Assembly: GCA_000826855.1 (NCBI GenBank) | Contig: JTLS01000039.1 | Location: 1-39,086, forward strand | Length of the DNA: 39,086 nucleotides | From: Basidioascus undulatus | Lineage: Eukaryota | Direction: 5' to 3' | Translations under genes and position numbers: made by a program | The notes under the pieces: generated by a model | Database searches by the model: none | What the model was told of the DNA's origin: nothing | The model's input: only the letters and a program-made list of their open reading frames with translations | In this document: piece after piece, positions 1 to 12,153 of the stretch | Layout of the letters: every line of letters starts with the position of its first letter | How positions within the stretch are numbered: the first letter of the stretch is position 1

Positions 1-323
1 TTTTTTTGGTATTTGGTAGAGAAGCTTTTCGCTCTCTACTATCCTTATCGTCTCTCTCTCCATCTTCTCCAAAAAGGGACACCCACATCAAGACACCGCT
101 GGATCTCGTCCTCGCCCGGTCGCTTCCTATTGCCCCCATAAAACATCAGCCTCGGGGTTGGGGTGGATGGGGATGAGGATGGATGGACCCACCGCTTCGC
201 AGGAATGCCATTCGACCCGGACGTGCGCCGCCCGTTGTTTGCGAGGCGCGAGGGCCCGGCGCCGCCTGAGCGCGCGCGCTGAAGCCCGGGGGCGGGCGAG
301 GCGGTGGATAGTCGGGAGGCCAT
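1..323 (-). CDS. 5' part of a spliced gene running off the left edge; product unknown (MASRLSTASPAPG...PAKRKRPGEDEIQRCLD)
   Basis: ATG at 323. Exon 323-193, intron 192-127 (GTGGGT...GCTGAT...TAG), exon 126-87, next GTGGGT donor at 86. Basic KRKR motif could be an NLS. Confidence 0.55.
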
Positions 324-3049
324 GAGCTCGTACTTGCTTATCCTTGATGTTCAGAATGCTTTATGTCGAGATGGATGGATATGCTGGATTACGAGCGGGT
401 GTGGTTTGTATGGCGGATGGCGGTAGATGTCCGAGATGCGGAATGAGGTGCTGATGGTGATGGAGGTGTGGATGGAGGTGAGGAGGCGGTGCGGACGCCG
501 ACTGGCGACTCGCGAGGCGAGTCGGATTCAGAAACGCCCGAATGCAGCCTCGACCTCGTCCGGGCCGCATTCCCCATCGATGCCATCGCCTGCGGCCTGC
601 TTCCCTCTTGTTCCCTCTTCCGCAAACGAATGTCCGTCGGCTTCCTTTCATAGTATGCCATGAGACCTAGTTAATGTGCTTCCAAGTCCCTGAAAGCAGC
701 AACTTGCTCTGTGTTGTGTACAGAAGGCATGCCAATCCCCTTTGCTGGGCGACCAGAGTGAGTTTAAGTGGTAGTAACAGCGGAGTAGGACGGAGGGCGT
801 GCCTGGACTGTGACAGATGTCAGACGAGCAGCACTAGACAGCAGTTTCGCAGTCCAGCAAACCACTCGGTGAAGGGCATTCACAGCGACGGAGTGAGTTG
901 ATGCTTGAGAATAGTGGACGGAGGATAGAAGACTGACAGGAGTGTACCCAACGAGACTGCAGAGGCAGGAAGGAAGCGCTACGCTGGCGGACCGCTTTCA
1001 GACGGGACAGCCGCAGTGCTCTCGCTTTAGAGGCAAAGCACCGGGAAATGAAAGTATCGATGTTTATGGGATGTACACCATCCAGTAGTATCGCAGTGCC
1101 TGGTCCGGGGTGACAGAAGGTCACTCGTGCAACTGTGCAGCGCCCTGTCGAGAAGCAGCTGCGCTGCAGGACGAACTGCCCGATATAAATACACTTCAGA
1201 GGAAGTAAATCCAGATCGATTGGTGAGCAAGCACGAAGTTGTCTTCAACTGCTATGAAAGTCGCGAGACAGCGCATAGCCGGTGAGTTAACTTAGTGCAA
1301 TGCATTTATCTACCGAGAGAGGTCGCCGTCCGGCGTCCTCATCAGGTCTTCCCTCCCCGTTTTCTGCCTTTTGATAATGGATCAATAAGTAGCCCAATAT
1401 GACAGTCTGATCGGAACGACGAATGTCCGATTCGCCGAGGGGTGTCGAGGTGTGCCGCTGCGCTTTCGAGGCTCCTTCGTTTGTCTTCGTGTTCATTTGC
1501 GGAGCGCATGTGGGAGCTAGGTAGGTGTGAATAGTTGGGCTATTGACTGTATGAGTGTATTGAGGCCACTTGACGGAGGCTCCTCGAGGGACAGCTGTAC
1601 TGGGGTCGGGCATCTGCAGAAACAGCGGCTGTGCCTGTCCGACTGCTCGGCCCCTCAACAAATAGCTGCGAGGTTTGCGACGGCCAGCCCGGCCATTGTT
1701 TTCTGATAAGTAAGTGCTTCTCACTCAAGTCTTATTCGCGTGCAATTGCGGCTGCTGGCCAGAGGTTTAAACGACATCGGTGTTCGAAATCCACAGCTGC
1801 GCATGCACAGGCGCACAGGCGGATGCGGCGCGTGGCGTTGGCAGTGTGCTTTGTTTTCATCTCCTGCTGCCTTATTTCGAGATGGTAGAGGCACTAGGAT
1901 ATGCGGAGGTAGTAGTATCAGCATCTACAGGGGGCCCGACTCGAGCTTGCAGTTGGACAACCGTCAGCGTTGCTAGTACGACGTGTGAAACACCGCGCAT
2001 CATTAGACTGTCTGCCTACTCGACAAACAGCTGGGATGGGGATGGAGATGCTCCTCACTGCGCTTCTACGTAAAATTTTCGCCACAAAACAAAAAATGGT
2101 TTACCGACTCAATTCCGGTGACTTTCATCAAATGACCACAAAGGCTGCGGCTCGGCAGCCGGCGATCGTCAGGACGGGATTTCATTCCACAACACTCGGG
2201 CTCAATGCCAGATTTTCAGTTGATATCGACCAGGGTAGGAATATCCCAAAAGCTCCCTGCGTCTGCACAGTCCGTCTGAGGGCTTCGCATGCAGTCCACG
2301 TTGTTTACTCGCGTCCACATCACATGTCTTTCACGCGTCCACATGTCTTCTCTTCTCAACATAACCTCTGCAGAACTAGAAAGTACCTTCCCGTGCAAGA
2401 ACCGGTTTACGTTCTCAGAACCGCATTCCCCGGCAGCGCGGCTTCGAGTAATGAGCTCGGTGACCAAAAATGGCGACCGCGGCCACGCCCTCTCGACATT
2501 GTTTGTTCTCAGCCGTCCCTCGACGCTTCTCGTGATACTTTGACAAAATTCGCAATCATGCACAAAGGGTTAAGGAACCAATCAGGAAGGGCGCGTCCGG
2601 GACGCGTACCTCCCAATATTGGGCCCGGATTTCCCTACCATAAAGACGCTCTTCATCATCCGTACCCACCCCGGCCCGTACCCATAGACGCCTTGAGACT
2701 CTGAGGGGCGCCCATAGAATGAATCTCCTTCAAAAGATTAAGGCGCTTGCGCGTGCACGCGTAGGGGGCAGTGGGGAGAGGAGAGGGAGGGGGGCGGGGG
2801 AGAGAGCATGGCTGGTGGTACCTGGAATTGGAATAGTGGGTTGAGGAAAGGGTATCGGGTGGTAGGAGTGGTGCGGGCCGAGGACTCGCAAGTGGGCAGC
2901 AGAGTGCGTCGCTTCCTGGCATGTGGAAAGCGGGCTCTGGACTTCGGAAGCTGACCGCGCCCGGGACACCCAGTTAGTCTGGGTCATAGGCCTGGATGTT
3001 TGTTTAAAAAAACTGAGGTGTCGTATCAGTATGGAAGCACCAGGTTGGA

Positions 3050-3395
3050 ATCGCAGCTGCCGGAGGTTCGGTTCGACGAATCCAAATTGGGGGTGCCATA
3101 AGGGAGCAGGCCTGAGCTTTCACAGTTCTTGAATCGATTTCGGAGATTCATTGAATGCCAACGCGGTTACGACGACGATAGCCGAACGCTGCATGGACTT
3201 CTACAGCTCGCGAGCCCTCTACCAAAGGTTTTCGTCATGTCGCATGTCGCGGTCTTGTTCGAAGTACTATCGTCCATTGCCCTTGAAGTCCCATTGGGAA
3301 GTGCTTGGATGCTCACTGCCAACGGGAGAAGTTGAAGAGGAGTCGAGGAAAGGTGCCTCGGACTCCCGCATGAACAACCAATGCGCACGGAGCCG
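3050..3395 (-). pseudogene. Possible decayed exon of an unidentified gene
   Basis: One minus frame reads RLRAHWLFMRESEAPFLD...GR*YFEQDRDMRHDENLW*RAREL*KSMQRS...QEL*KLRP, with in-frame stops at 3267-69, 3219-21, 3201-03 and 3120-22. The antisense frame in the same register (ORF 3151-3399) is open. No family recognised. Confidence 0.25.
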
Positions 3396-4269
3396 TTAGC
3401 TTCAACGGAAGGGATAGGAGGCAATGCTAGCCTCAATCTCCGAGGTGTGAGAGGTAGAATCGGATGAAATGACTGGTCAAAATACGCGAAGAAGGACTCC
3501 TGATAGGCCTCGTTGGCAACGCGCGCCTTGATTCGGGGGGGTTGAGCACCCCGAGCCCATACATCTGTGGATATGATCGAGCTAGGTAGTGGTATCCAAA
3601 ATCAACTGCGTTCTAATGGCCCAAAAACTTACACAGACAGCCTGTGCGTGTAGCAGACAGGAGGTGTGTACCGATGGAGCACACGTCATGCGGCACGACA
3701 CCGTTCATCATTGCGGACAGAAGTTCCACGCTAGAGATTTACAGCTGGGCGTATCTGGAAAGCTGCTTTCCAGATGGAGGGAATGATCAAGCACATGCTG
3801 TTGGTAGACGTACCGCGAGTGGGAAACCATGAACTGTGCTCGGTTTTCAACCTACGTGAAGAACACTACGATATAGTACCGGCTGAAGGAGTGCAAAAAT
3901 ACGCCATACCAAAAAACAGGGGGAAACATGGTGCAAAGGCTTGTTAGGAGGCAAGTCTACAATCTGACTTCACTTGCCTGGTTAATCGACATGGAACACC
4001 GTTAGTACACAAAACATTCAGTCCCAAACATGAAAGGGTATGTCAGGTAGATTCACGAGGATGATAAACATTGAAAGTTGTGCGGTTGAGACAGCGTCCC
4101 ATCACGCTGCAAACCTCGCAGCAGCGCGACATCATTTGCAGCGGTCGGCATGAAGACTTGTCAAACTGCGCGCCGCCGGCGCCAGCCTGAGGCCGCCGCC
4201 CTTTGTTCTCGTCTTCTCGTCTTCTCGTCTCGCCTCGTCTTCTCGCCTCGCTCACCACCCGCCTCCCTC

Positions 4270-6609
4270 ATGTTCACGCTCACCCTCAGGCGGTCTAACC
4301 GCCTAACTTACTTTCCAAATCGCGCGCCATGTCTCGTCGGGCGACGCACTCTCTCCAGCTCGGTTTCGAATCCAGGCGGACGTCCCGCCGAGTCGAACTC
4401 GGCCGCTGAGCTCCTCGAGCCTTCAAAATTACCCGAGCTCCCATCCGAGCCCCTCGATCGCATCTCGTTCCTGCCGTTTCTCTTCTCGGAGTCTCGCGCG
4501 CGTCAACTGATCACAAAGCTTCATGGCGACAAAGTGCGTCAAGCCGGCTGCAATACCAACGCAAAATTTTCTGACCCCCGTCGCAGACCCCCGCAGAGTT
4601 TGAGCTGTTCGCTTCGTTTGTTCCGATGTGGATGTCGTGGGCGCTGTACTTCTGCACGCAGAAGTGTATTCCCATCGTCGAGAACCTGCACGACCACTGG
4701 TACGGGTTCCAGGAGTGCATCCTTGCCCTACCTGGATTCCCTTCTCCAGCCTACCCTGGTCTTCCTTTCTCATCGTGTGTACTCTATGAATATATCCTCT
4801 TCCGCCGCATCAGCATATGGTAGTCCAAGCTGTTCATACATTTGTCGCCTTCCGTACAGCACGCTCGAGCTCCCTCGCGACCCGATGCAGCACCGGCGCG
4901 TCGCGTCTCGCGACTCGCTCGCGGCGCTCAAACTGCCGGCTTGCCTTACACCACAACCCTTCCCACCCTTTGCTCTTCCACCACCCGACCTCGACGCCAT
5001 CTTCCGCTCCGAGTCATTCGCGGCCAAGACTACAGCGCAGCATGATAAGCACCGCTTTACCGACTATTCCCTCCAACTTCAGACTTTCCGCACGCCTTTC
5101 ATCACGCACTCGTACGCCACGTACGCACCGGTTTTCGTTGCTGTCGAGCCGCCTGCATCATCGGGAGGGGCCCGGCGCCCGTTCGCGCTCGTCAACGCGG
5201 CCTTGCCAAACGGTCGAGTTATCTCGGCGCGGGTCCCGAACAAGCGCCCGCACTGGATGGAGCCGGATGAAAAGATGCCGCTGGTGGATCTTGACGTGAG
5301 TGAAGCTCTTTCAGCTATTATTTTCTTTGCTGCTGATGAGGCAACAAGCCGGCAGGATGCGCTCGACGAGCACCGCACCCGGGCGATGGAGGAGTTCGGC
5401 ACGTCGCGCTGGGGCGACCACGAGGGGATACCAGAGATGCAAGACTTCGGGGGAAAGTACTGGGCAAAAAGCGGCCCCTTCCGCGCCCTTCGCCTAGTAC
5501 GGTCCTTTGCAGCTCCGTTGCCGCAGCCAGAGGAGGTTAGCGTGTTCTTGGGGCTTTCGCCAACGGACACAACTGAGCGCAGTGATGATGTGTCGTCTCG
5601 TCTATTCGGGTGCGCATTCCTCACCTCGCTGCGAATAGGCAATCCTACCGTGTTAACGCTTCCCGTGAGAGCATAGACGATCGACGCGCATCGCCTCAGG
5701 CGCCGACGTCGCCCGCAGACTCGGCGAAGCGTTTAGCCAGCGCACGGAGACGACGAGCGTAAACTGGCGCTCCGATACCATCCGGAGTCTCTGGGCATAC
5801 TCGGAACCGCAGGCCCAGCTTCCCGACGGCGACGGCGCGCTGTCGTCCCCTACCTACGATCCCGCATACGACCAAGTCGTGTACGTAATGACTTAATCTC
5901 ATACCCACCAAAGCAGCTCGTTGACACATTCCTTGCCGCTGCTACTACAGCAATTACATTCTCACCCGACTCACGCAGCTACACGATCCCGGGCTGCCGA
6001 GTTGGATGGTCGACGTGCAAAAGGCGCGGGAGAGGGCGGTCACCGCGAACCTCTCGAGTCGGCGGTTGAGCACACCCGGCGCAGCGAAACTGCCGAAACC
6101 GCCTTCGTCCAACGCGAAGCCGAAGAAGGCGTCCCGACCCTTCCCCCTCCCCTCCCCGAAACCCAACCTCCGCCGCACGTCACCTCCTTCGTCCGCTAAA
6201 CGGCCGCCTACGCCCGTACCACCACCGAAGCCTGTGAGAGCGCCGCCGCTGCGCGATCACGAGGGTGCGTACGCGCTGCTCGGGCTAGAGACGCAGGCCG
6301 CGGCGGGCAAGGTAACGGACGAAGACGTTAAGCGCGCGTGGGATGGTCGGAAAACTGCCTTCCTCCAAGTGCTCCGCACCAAGGGTCGGGAGGCGAGTGA
6401 GGAGCTGCAGCGAAGCGTTAACGCGGCGCTAGGAAAGGTCCAGAACGGTGCGTTTCTGTTGCGGTGAGAGCTGGGATTCGCACCGGCTATAGCGGGTCTA
6501 CGCCGTAAAACTGACGCTGCATTTCGCTTTGCTTTCAGAGAAACTGCGATCGATTTACGAGGCCGAGGGCAAGCTCGCTGCTGTCCACACCCCTCCTCGC
6601 CGCCGTTGA
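4270..6609 (+). CDS. Hypothetical, probably mitochondrial protein with a C-terminal J-like (DnaJ-like, HPD-less) domain
   Basis: ATG 4270 with an Arg/Ser-rich, acid-free N-terminus (MFTLTLRRSNRL...GRRTLSSS). GT-AG splicing links ORF 4150-5676, the exon at ~4588-4773, the exon at ~5677-5880 and ORF 6006-6467 into one frame ending at TGA 6607-09. C-terminus reads YALLGL...VTDEDVKRAW...EELQRSVNAALGKVQNEKLRSIYE. Confidence 0.7.
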
Positions 6610-8047
6610 TAGTAAGCACCACTGTCCAGAGCGTCTTCGCATCTTCATCTAATCTCCCACTGATCCACTCCATTTGTTTTTCAGGGTCGCTTGATCATTC
6701 CCTCGCGCTTCCAGCTCCCCCGCATCGCGCTCCTGTCCTTACTATCACCCACCCTCCTCCCGCTCTCCTCCCTCGCCCCCCATTGTCTTGCCTACCTTTC
6801 AACATTCCCGGCTGGAATTTTTATATTTCATTCAGGACAGCTACTCTCCTCCACTCCGTTCGCATCCCACAGTCTTATTCCTGCCGATCCCTTAGATAGT
6901 GTCTTTGCGCAGTGTCGGCTTATCGCATCGCATCGCTCGCACGTCTCGCATGCAGCATACCCGAACTTCCCACTCATGAGTAGTCGCCTGCACACCCGCG
7001 TTCTGTCCATAGAAATGCGTACATCGACATCCAAGCCGACTGCCCACGGTAAAAGTCAGAATCCAGCCATCACAGTAGCGTTACCGATCCGTGATGACGG
7101 AAACCGTCGCGACCAAAGCACCGTGGCAGGCACCCAGCCCGAAATGCGAACGGCTTTGTAGGCTACCTGAGGGATAAAGCAATTATATGCCTTCAAGCCA
7201 TGAGCGGTTGATCAATCGGAACATATCTCAACCGAGCGAGGGTCTCAAGGCGAAAGGAGGACGGGTTACAGGGTTGATTGACGGAAAACAAGGAAAGGTC
7301 GAGACATTCAAGGTGTCTACACCTGGACCTATTTTCCCTCAATTATAGCACAGAGGTTGTTTCTTCGCAGTGCTGGACCGCCAAGAGAGAGCAGACGGAT
7401 ATTTCAGGCTGCGGACGAGCTCAACGCTTGGCAACACAATGATCCGAGCGAAGCCTTGAACGTTGGACTGGGGGGCACTTGTCACTCCCTACAAGCTTCA
7501 ATAAAGGACCCTCCTCCAGTCCCATTTTAGAATGATGCCCATGCCCGGTAATGGCGGAACGGCTCCTCCTGTTGCGGTGCGCGGCTGTCGAGGTTCGTCA
7601 AAGAGGGGTAGCTATCTCGACAACCGTCCAAAAGGGTGGGTCTCCAGGATCTGAAGTACAGCTTAAAGTTTCAAACTATAATATTACTTCCATATTTCAG
7701 TTCCTTGAGAGGGTGGGTTGTTGCAGCTGTGGTGGCACGTTGGAGTGCCATATCCTCCAACGCTGAGGATGCGCAGCCGCGCCCTTTGGGCCTATAATGC
7801 ACATGCAGGACTTCTTATCTACTTTTGTTCAATCTTCTGCAAACGGTAAGGAAGCGCTACCTGGAAGGCCTTGCCAGACGCTGCAGGACGCGTGAAAGTG
7901 ACAGGCCCACCGACAGCGACAAGCGCGACACGCGCCTGGCTCGTTCCGAAGTCCATGTCCAGCGTTCGCACTCACCCTCACCTCATCTAGACTTTCATTT
8001 CCATCTCTGTCGACAGCGACGGCAGACCTTCCTACAGCGAGGCCGCC

Positions 8048-10304
8048 ATGTCTGCCGGCGAGCCCTCCTCTCCGCCGGCCCACTCCCGGCCGTCGCGCTA
8101 CCCATCAGTGTCGTCCCCGCTCCCTCCGATAGCGACGCTGCCGAGCCTCCCGCCCGAGCACCACACCTACCCGCCATCGCCTTCGACCAGCCGCGGGGAC
8201 CGCTCGCAGCGGGGTGTGAGCTCGGACAGCTCAGATCAGGAGGACGAGTACTGCACGGAGGGCGAGGAGGAGGCGCTCAACCCCGGGCGCAAGCGGCGGA
8301 CGGAGGGCGAGGACAGCGAGCGAAGGGGCGAGGAGGGGACCGTCTTGCTCAGCAAGGAGGAGAAAAGGAGACGATATTGGAGGGACGCGGCTATCAACAT
8401 GCTGCTTATTCTGACCTGGTGAGTTCTCTTTTTTGTTGTTCTGAGACGGACGCCTGGACATGCTGATGGGTGCTTCTCACACGCAGGTATACCTTCGCCT
8501 CCATTCTTTCCGTCTACAACAAGTGGATGTTCTCGCCAGATCACTTTCATTTCCCCTTCCCGTTCGTCAATCCACTCTGACTCAGAACGTACCGAACTCA
8601 TCCTCGAGCGTCCCGTAGCCTCTTTGTCACCTCCATCCACATGATCGTTCAGTTCTGTCTCGCATTGTTCGCCATGTTATGTTTCCCCGCTATGAGGCCG
8701 AAGGAGGAGCCGAGCTGGAAAGATTATGCGTACGCCGGTCTTAACCGTTTTCAGCCGAGCTGGCTGACTCTAGGGTGCCGAGCAGCAAGAAGGTCACACC
8801 CACGGCGGTCGCTACCAGTCTTGATATCGGCCTGTCGAATCTCTCTCTCAAGACCATCACACTCTCTTTCTATAGTGCGTTTCTCTTGTCACTTCTCTGC
8901 AATCTAGCGAGCGTGAGCTCACCCTTGTGCACACAGCGATGTGCAAATCGTCATCTCTCGTCTTGTCCGTCATTCTCTCCCTTGTCGTGCGCCTGCGTTG
9001 GATGAGTGAGCTTACGCCGCGCGCTTCCCATACAGCGTCTTTCTCTTTGCCTTTCTCTTCCGCCTCGAGCGACCACGCTGGTCCCTCGTCGGCATCATCC
9101 TCATCATCACCGCCGGCGTCGTCATGATGGTCGCGACGGAGACGAAGTTCGTCCTTTCCGGGATGCTTCAAGTCTTTGCCGCGTCCGCGCTCGGCGGTCT
9201 GCGGTGGTCGCTCACCCAAATGCTGCTCGATAGGCAAAAGTGGGTCCTTCTTCTTCCGTGCGCACCGCTCGCGCTGTAGGCTGATGCACCCCGACGCCGC
9301 CAGAATGGGCTTGACGAACCCGCTCGCGGTCCTGTTCCACCTCTGCCCGGTCATGTTCGTCACGCTCGCGTCCACCAGCATGATCTTCGAGGGCTGGTTC
9401 ACCGTGTTCCGTTCGCCGTTCTTCGCGTCCTTGGGAGCTACGCTCCGCACATTGCCTATGATCATCGCGCCTGGCGTGCTCGCGTTCGGCATGAACCTGA
9501 CCGAGTTCAAGTGCGTCGGTCCCCTTCTGTTCCGTTAACTGTTAGCTGACTTGGCGATGGGAATGCGCAGGCTCATTCAGCGAACATCGGTCGTTACCCT
9601 GTCCGTCGCGGGTATCTTCAAGGAGGTTAGTCCACCCAAGCTTTCTCAGCTACGGCAGCCACTAACGGCGCCTAATAGGTCGTGACCATCTTCATCGCCT
9701 CCGTTCTCTTCGGTGACATTCTCACCCCGATCAACATCTCGGGGCTGGTCGTGACGCTTCTCGGTATCGGGTACGCCCACTGGAGGTTCTCTGGCGTCAC
9801 GCCCACTGATGATAGCGCGGCGCTGCATAGTTTGTACAACTACCTCAAGTACAGACAGATCACCAACGCGGTGGTGCCTATCGACCCGCACACGGGGCGG
9901 CCGCTGGAACGAGCGGAGGTAGCGGAGCAAGACGCGGATGACCTAGCGTCTCGCGGCCAATACGGGAATGTGCGTCTTTCCTCATCTTCCAACGTTCTTC
10001 CGTCTCACCAGCCCACCTCCTCTCGCAGGTGCTCGACAACACCGCCTCCCTCCTCCTCGGCTCTCCCCGCGTACCCTCCTACGCCGCCTCCGCGGGCTCC
10101 GCCTCGCGCGACCGCTCGCGCCCGCACTCCGTGTCGTCGGGCAAGCGCGGCGAGCGGGGCCCAGAGGAGTGGGAGCTTGAGGGCTGGGACACGAGCGGGA
10201 TCGAGACGACCGGGAACGGATTCGTCATTGAGGGCGAGAGCGACGAGGAGAGCGAGGAGGATGCCGGGCGGAGAGGGAGCGGGAGGGGAGGAAGGGGATC
10301 GTAG
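8048..10304 (+). CDS. Triose-phosphate transporter (TPT) family nucleotide-sugar transporter, SLC35C2-like
   Basis: Spliced translation contains WYTFASILSVYNKWMFS, LFVTSIHMIVQF, ATSLDIGLSNLSLKTITLSFY, MCKSSSLVF, LGGLRWSLTQMLL and TSVVTLSVAGIFKE, with multiple TM segments. Stop TAG at 10302-04. Confidence 0.9.
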
Positions 10305-12153
10305 GGCGTAGGCTGCGAGTAAGTGTTTTGGACCGTACTATATACACTTGATTCCATCGGGATCACGAACGCATGCCAATCATGTTCTCGTGCGCTTTGA
10401 CGGCGTTTCGGCCATGCCAGTTCCATGTTGAAGAATGCCGGGGTTTGCCGGTGCTTCACGATCATCTCCAGCTCCTCGTTGTCACGAAGCTTGACTCTCT
10501 AGTCTATGCAGACACAAGAGCAGGAACGTGGTGAGCGCCATGCCGCGAAGTAGAAACTTTAGAAGGCCATGGCACCGATTCTGGAAGTGAATGCAGTGAG
10601 ACGCTCGGGACAGCGGAGAACGGGTTGCATGCGAGATTCTGCGAAGTCACGCGGTGCGATTGCGGGGGACAGCATGGGCACTGTTTGCACCCGTCGGAAC
10701 TTGTAAAGAAAATTCTGCCAAACTTGTAAGTTTGGGTAATTTGTTCTCTTTTCAACTGTCTCTGGCGTCAATGGGACTCAGTCGATGCAGCTTAGGTATT
10801 TTGAGCGGTTACCAGCCAGAAGACGCAGTTGCGCTATGAAAGGCCGGGAGCGGAATCATAGCAGACGCGTTGATTTGGGCCATCGACATACCAGGTTTAG
10901 AAAGGATCCTTCCATGAATTTCCAAGTACATTCAGGAGTGTAGGCATCATCAACGACCCTAAGTGCATCGTGTGACGACGAGCTGTTGCCGTGTACAGTG
11001 AACGCCCGACCCTGTGCCTGCCTCGCCCTCTTGGTGCTCTTGGGGTGTAGATTCAATGTAGAGTCTCAAGTACTTGAAAGAGTCAGCGGTACAGAGATAT
11101 TTGCTCTCACTAGTAATCTGACGAACTGAAATCAAGTCAAGCTGTTTGACCGCCGTGCACGGAGAGTCCACCCCTACAATTGCAGTGCACAAGAACAACA
11201 AGCTTATGACTTGGAGGCAGTGAGCGATCCCCAGAACAGAGCATAAACCCTCCCAGGGCTGTTTAACTAGGAAATCCGCAACGGTAGGGCGAGCCTGTGG
11301 AACAAGATAGGAGGTCACGCAACCATTTTCTCCCACCGAACAGCTCTTCCCACAAGCACCTCATTGGCCCAACAATCCCAATACGAGAACACCATGGCCC
11401 TGAATGAAGTATATTACTCCGAGTCTCCTTGGACAATGCAAGGGCATCCTTCCACACATCCAAGAGTTCGTGGCCATGATCTTCTGCGAGTTTTGCGAGA
11501 AATTAGTCGCCGACCCGTACATGATTCACTACCAGTACTGCGTCTCGACGCGGCAACTCCAACGCTGTTGACCTCTCTAGAAAACTTCCCGAATCAGCTC
11601 GTCTAGTGAAGATCAAACAGGCAGGGATCCTCAGAATTACCCTCTGCTGCCATGCGACGCTTCACGACGGCTTTGTGTGCGTGTGTGTCCACGTCGGGCT
11701 TCAGGATAACGAAACATACGCCTAAAACTTTTCAACGGCTCCACATTTCCGGCTGACGCTAATGCGCACAGGTGAGTTCAGGTCGTGTAGCCCCAAGGAG
11801 AAGCCGCTGTCGGTAGAGGTAAGGAACGATTACAACAGTGCCATCCACGGTATTGCGGTATTCGACGGGATTGCAAACCCGTCAAACAGTCATGCTCACC
11901 TCATTATTGTTGCTCGATGCCCTGTTGTAGAAGACAAGGAGTCGAGCTCTGTGACATGATAGCGAATTGCCAAGCCAGCCCTCCATCCAGACCGCGGTTT
12001 CTCCTTTTCATGCGCAGCGCCTGTTGAAGCTGTTCAACTCTTTCCACTGGGTGCATGATCGGCTGTCTACACCCGTGTGATTGCGAACTACTCTGGAATG
12101 CAGAACCGAATACAAACTCGATCTCAATCTACGTCCGCACATACGACAAACCT

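Noticed and set aside
361..663. Overlapping short ORFs upstream of the left-edge gene
   Set aside because: Low complexity, no motif, and overlapping the probable promoter/5' leader.
1970..2704. 244-aa plus-strand ORF
   Set aside because: No motif, no coding-like codon bias and no convincing exon structure.
3120..3269. Multiple in-frame TAG codons as possible stop-codon reassignment
   Set aside because: Intact genes here terminate with TAG (TPT transporter, paralog B), and none needs read-through.
11440..11570. FCEFCEKLVADPYMIHYQYC, RING-like fragment in the 10.5-12 kb gap
   Set aside because: Incomplete ligand set and stops around it; too weak without a database search.
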